From a virus (Duplodnaviria; Caudoviricetes), in the IMG/VR virus record IMGVR_UViG_3300037418_002332: DNA of 64,000 bases, one strand, 5' to 3'. The stretch's first letter is position 1. Every line of letters starts with the position of its first letter. The notes beneath the pieces were generated by a model. That model had not been told where the DNA came from. It saw only the letters and a list, made by a program, of their open reading frames with translations, and did no database searches. Positions 63,801-64,000 of this stretch are shown piece by piece. Made by a program: the position numbers and the translations under genes.

Positions 63801-64000
63801 AAAATCCTTATCTGGATGGTGCTGCATACACATACAATGGCAGTACATACACCGTTATCAGTACTCCAACTGACTTAGTCTTCACTGTTAATTCACCAAT
63901 ACAAAATATTGGTAATATCACCGAAGCTGATGATACAGTTTCTGCTGTTGGTACGCAGGTTGCGTTCGATAGAAATGCAGTTGTTGCGGCGACGGAAGCA
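60860..64000 (+). CDS. large virion-associated protein (>1047 aa, runs off the window) with BNR/Asp-box propeller repeats and Ig-like modules; not in the track
   Basis: TAATG-coupled ATG at 60860; the frame reads open to base 64000. It has repeated 'S-x-D-x-G-x-T/N-W' Asp-boxes (KSTDYGATW, SSDSGVTW, KSTDYGVNW, ASTDSGSTW, SIDSGATW) and 'TEA(N/D)DTVS' linkers. Confidence 0.85.
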   Translation, partial: MALPVTITGIDTAVNPVGPFRSSAGNYYFFGKDSTTATTLQAFKSTAPTSSWSSAATKTGFTTGVQAISGFQVADVIHLAVTDGATTSVNFKYVTYNMSTDAFGTTETITSALNTQTNGLVNAYGNSIAVRSDGTVVVLHQGARVVSMSNSYSRTVYSRRATNGTWTANIAVDAGGAFDGLVFDTAVGTSDNVHFMFMAGSGTFSQRTLSSANVLQTQSTAINGVSFTGSILGTSVSYLSTNQRVVFGVTTQVQQTNFIPAGFYFDSGNTPTLTSTVGGGTNTSTSRLFQYNGTVYHLWNVTGNNANINLHTSADNGATYVSSSVVYTGTSTCSLFSHDGAVYQSGSNIVVPYLILDNGTLKYNEYTVQYGLAASITEANDTVSSTANPKITANNPGGVAFTQQAAPSAGTKSWQAVASSTTGSTVWAAVYGGGIYKSTDYGATWAQRVGAANFQDICSSANGQVVAAVDNNVGNIWSTTDGVNFTARTGAGSRAWWAIACSSDGSRMVAVINGTGYTYTSSDSGVTWTEQTAAGTKNINALAMSSDGSIVYACYGASPYRIYKSTDYGVNWTLLSNSPTSWCNAITCSADGTQIYATVGGGNIYASTDSGSTWNALSGAGTANWGMISCSSSGTKVIAASYSNSVLTSIDSGATWTTNPVGSSTWQDVGISPDGSTWFALAYGSYFYTGALSAPKQIVAIQPTSFGAANFGDITADTGLGQTFIPRYLVPGLIQTSTINGGLVFGFNSTFKGLAQAITPATNSTVDRITFNMYKTGTPTDNVWVELRDNTGASIIATSNTVAGSSINSGSSSSQDIQFTFASPPTLNAGTTYILLVQRSGAVDSSNYYSINADYTNPYAGGDSYSWNGSAYTLNGGQDLAFAVYSTSTATVVISDITLKLIKNGSPTDNLTIELRDSTGATLLGTSDAIAGASTSSSTTATTFTFSTPVSITAGTTYMFVLRRSGAVDASNYWGVVRNNQNPYLDGAAYTYNGSTYTVISTPTDLVFTVNSPIQNIGNITEADDTVSAVGTQVAFDRNAVVAATEA

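Noticed and set aside
1-64000. tRNA/rRNA genes, introns, inteins, homing endonucleases and transposases
   Set aside because: None recognised. Core genes (gp17, gp18, gp20, gp32) are uninterrupted and of ordinary length. A tRNAscan/Infernal run would be needed to exclude RNAs fully.

Overview
This is a 64-kb segment of a large T4-like myophage genome with cyanophage/rhizobiophage-type gene organisation. An alphaproteobacterial (possibly rhizobial) host is inferred, not shown: the window has a short DUF1127-like gene, TTGAC-N17-CATA-type promoters and an AbcR-like sRNA. Bases 1-13.5 kb (+) carry early/middle genes: an AAA+ ATPase, glutaredoxin, glycosyltransferase, RNase H, PhoH, an exonuclease, and an array of 11 divergent paralogous small genes. 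Bases 13.5-43.3 kb (mostly -) hold gp16-15-14-13, a tail-fibre/glycan-modification block, a DUF4815-type giant structural protein and the baseplate genes (gp8, 7, 6, 25, 5.4, 5, 27-like, 53, 48). Bases 43.4-48.5 kb (+) hold gp4, gp2, gp54, gp26/gp51 and a tape-measure-like gene. Bases 48.5-51 kb (-) hold gp32, gp59 and gp33. Bases 51-64 kb (+) hold gp17, gp18, gp19, gp20 and accessory virion proteins, including a >1047-aa ORF that runs off the window and is missing from the ORF track. No tRNA, rRNA, CRISPR array, intron, intein or transposase was recognised. The most notable signals are: (1) an antisense cassette upstream of gp13 encoding a 49-aa secreted peptide plus an anti-SD sRNA; (2) the 11-gene 'LEDW' paralogue array; (3) a U-UUU-UUA -1 frameshift site that would fuse gp26 to gp51; (4) a promoter-plus-iteron non-coding region between gp6 and gp7 (candidate origin); and (5) a roughly 37.5-kb inversion that separates gp16 from gp17. 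All family assignments come from motif recognition by eye; no database searches were run.
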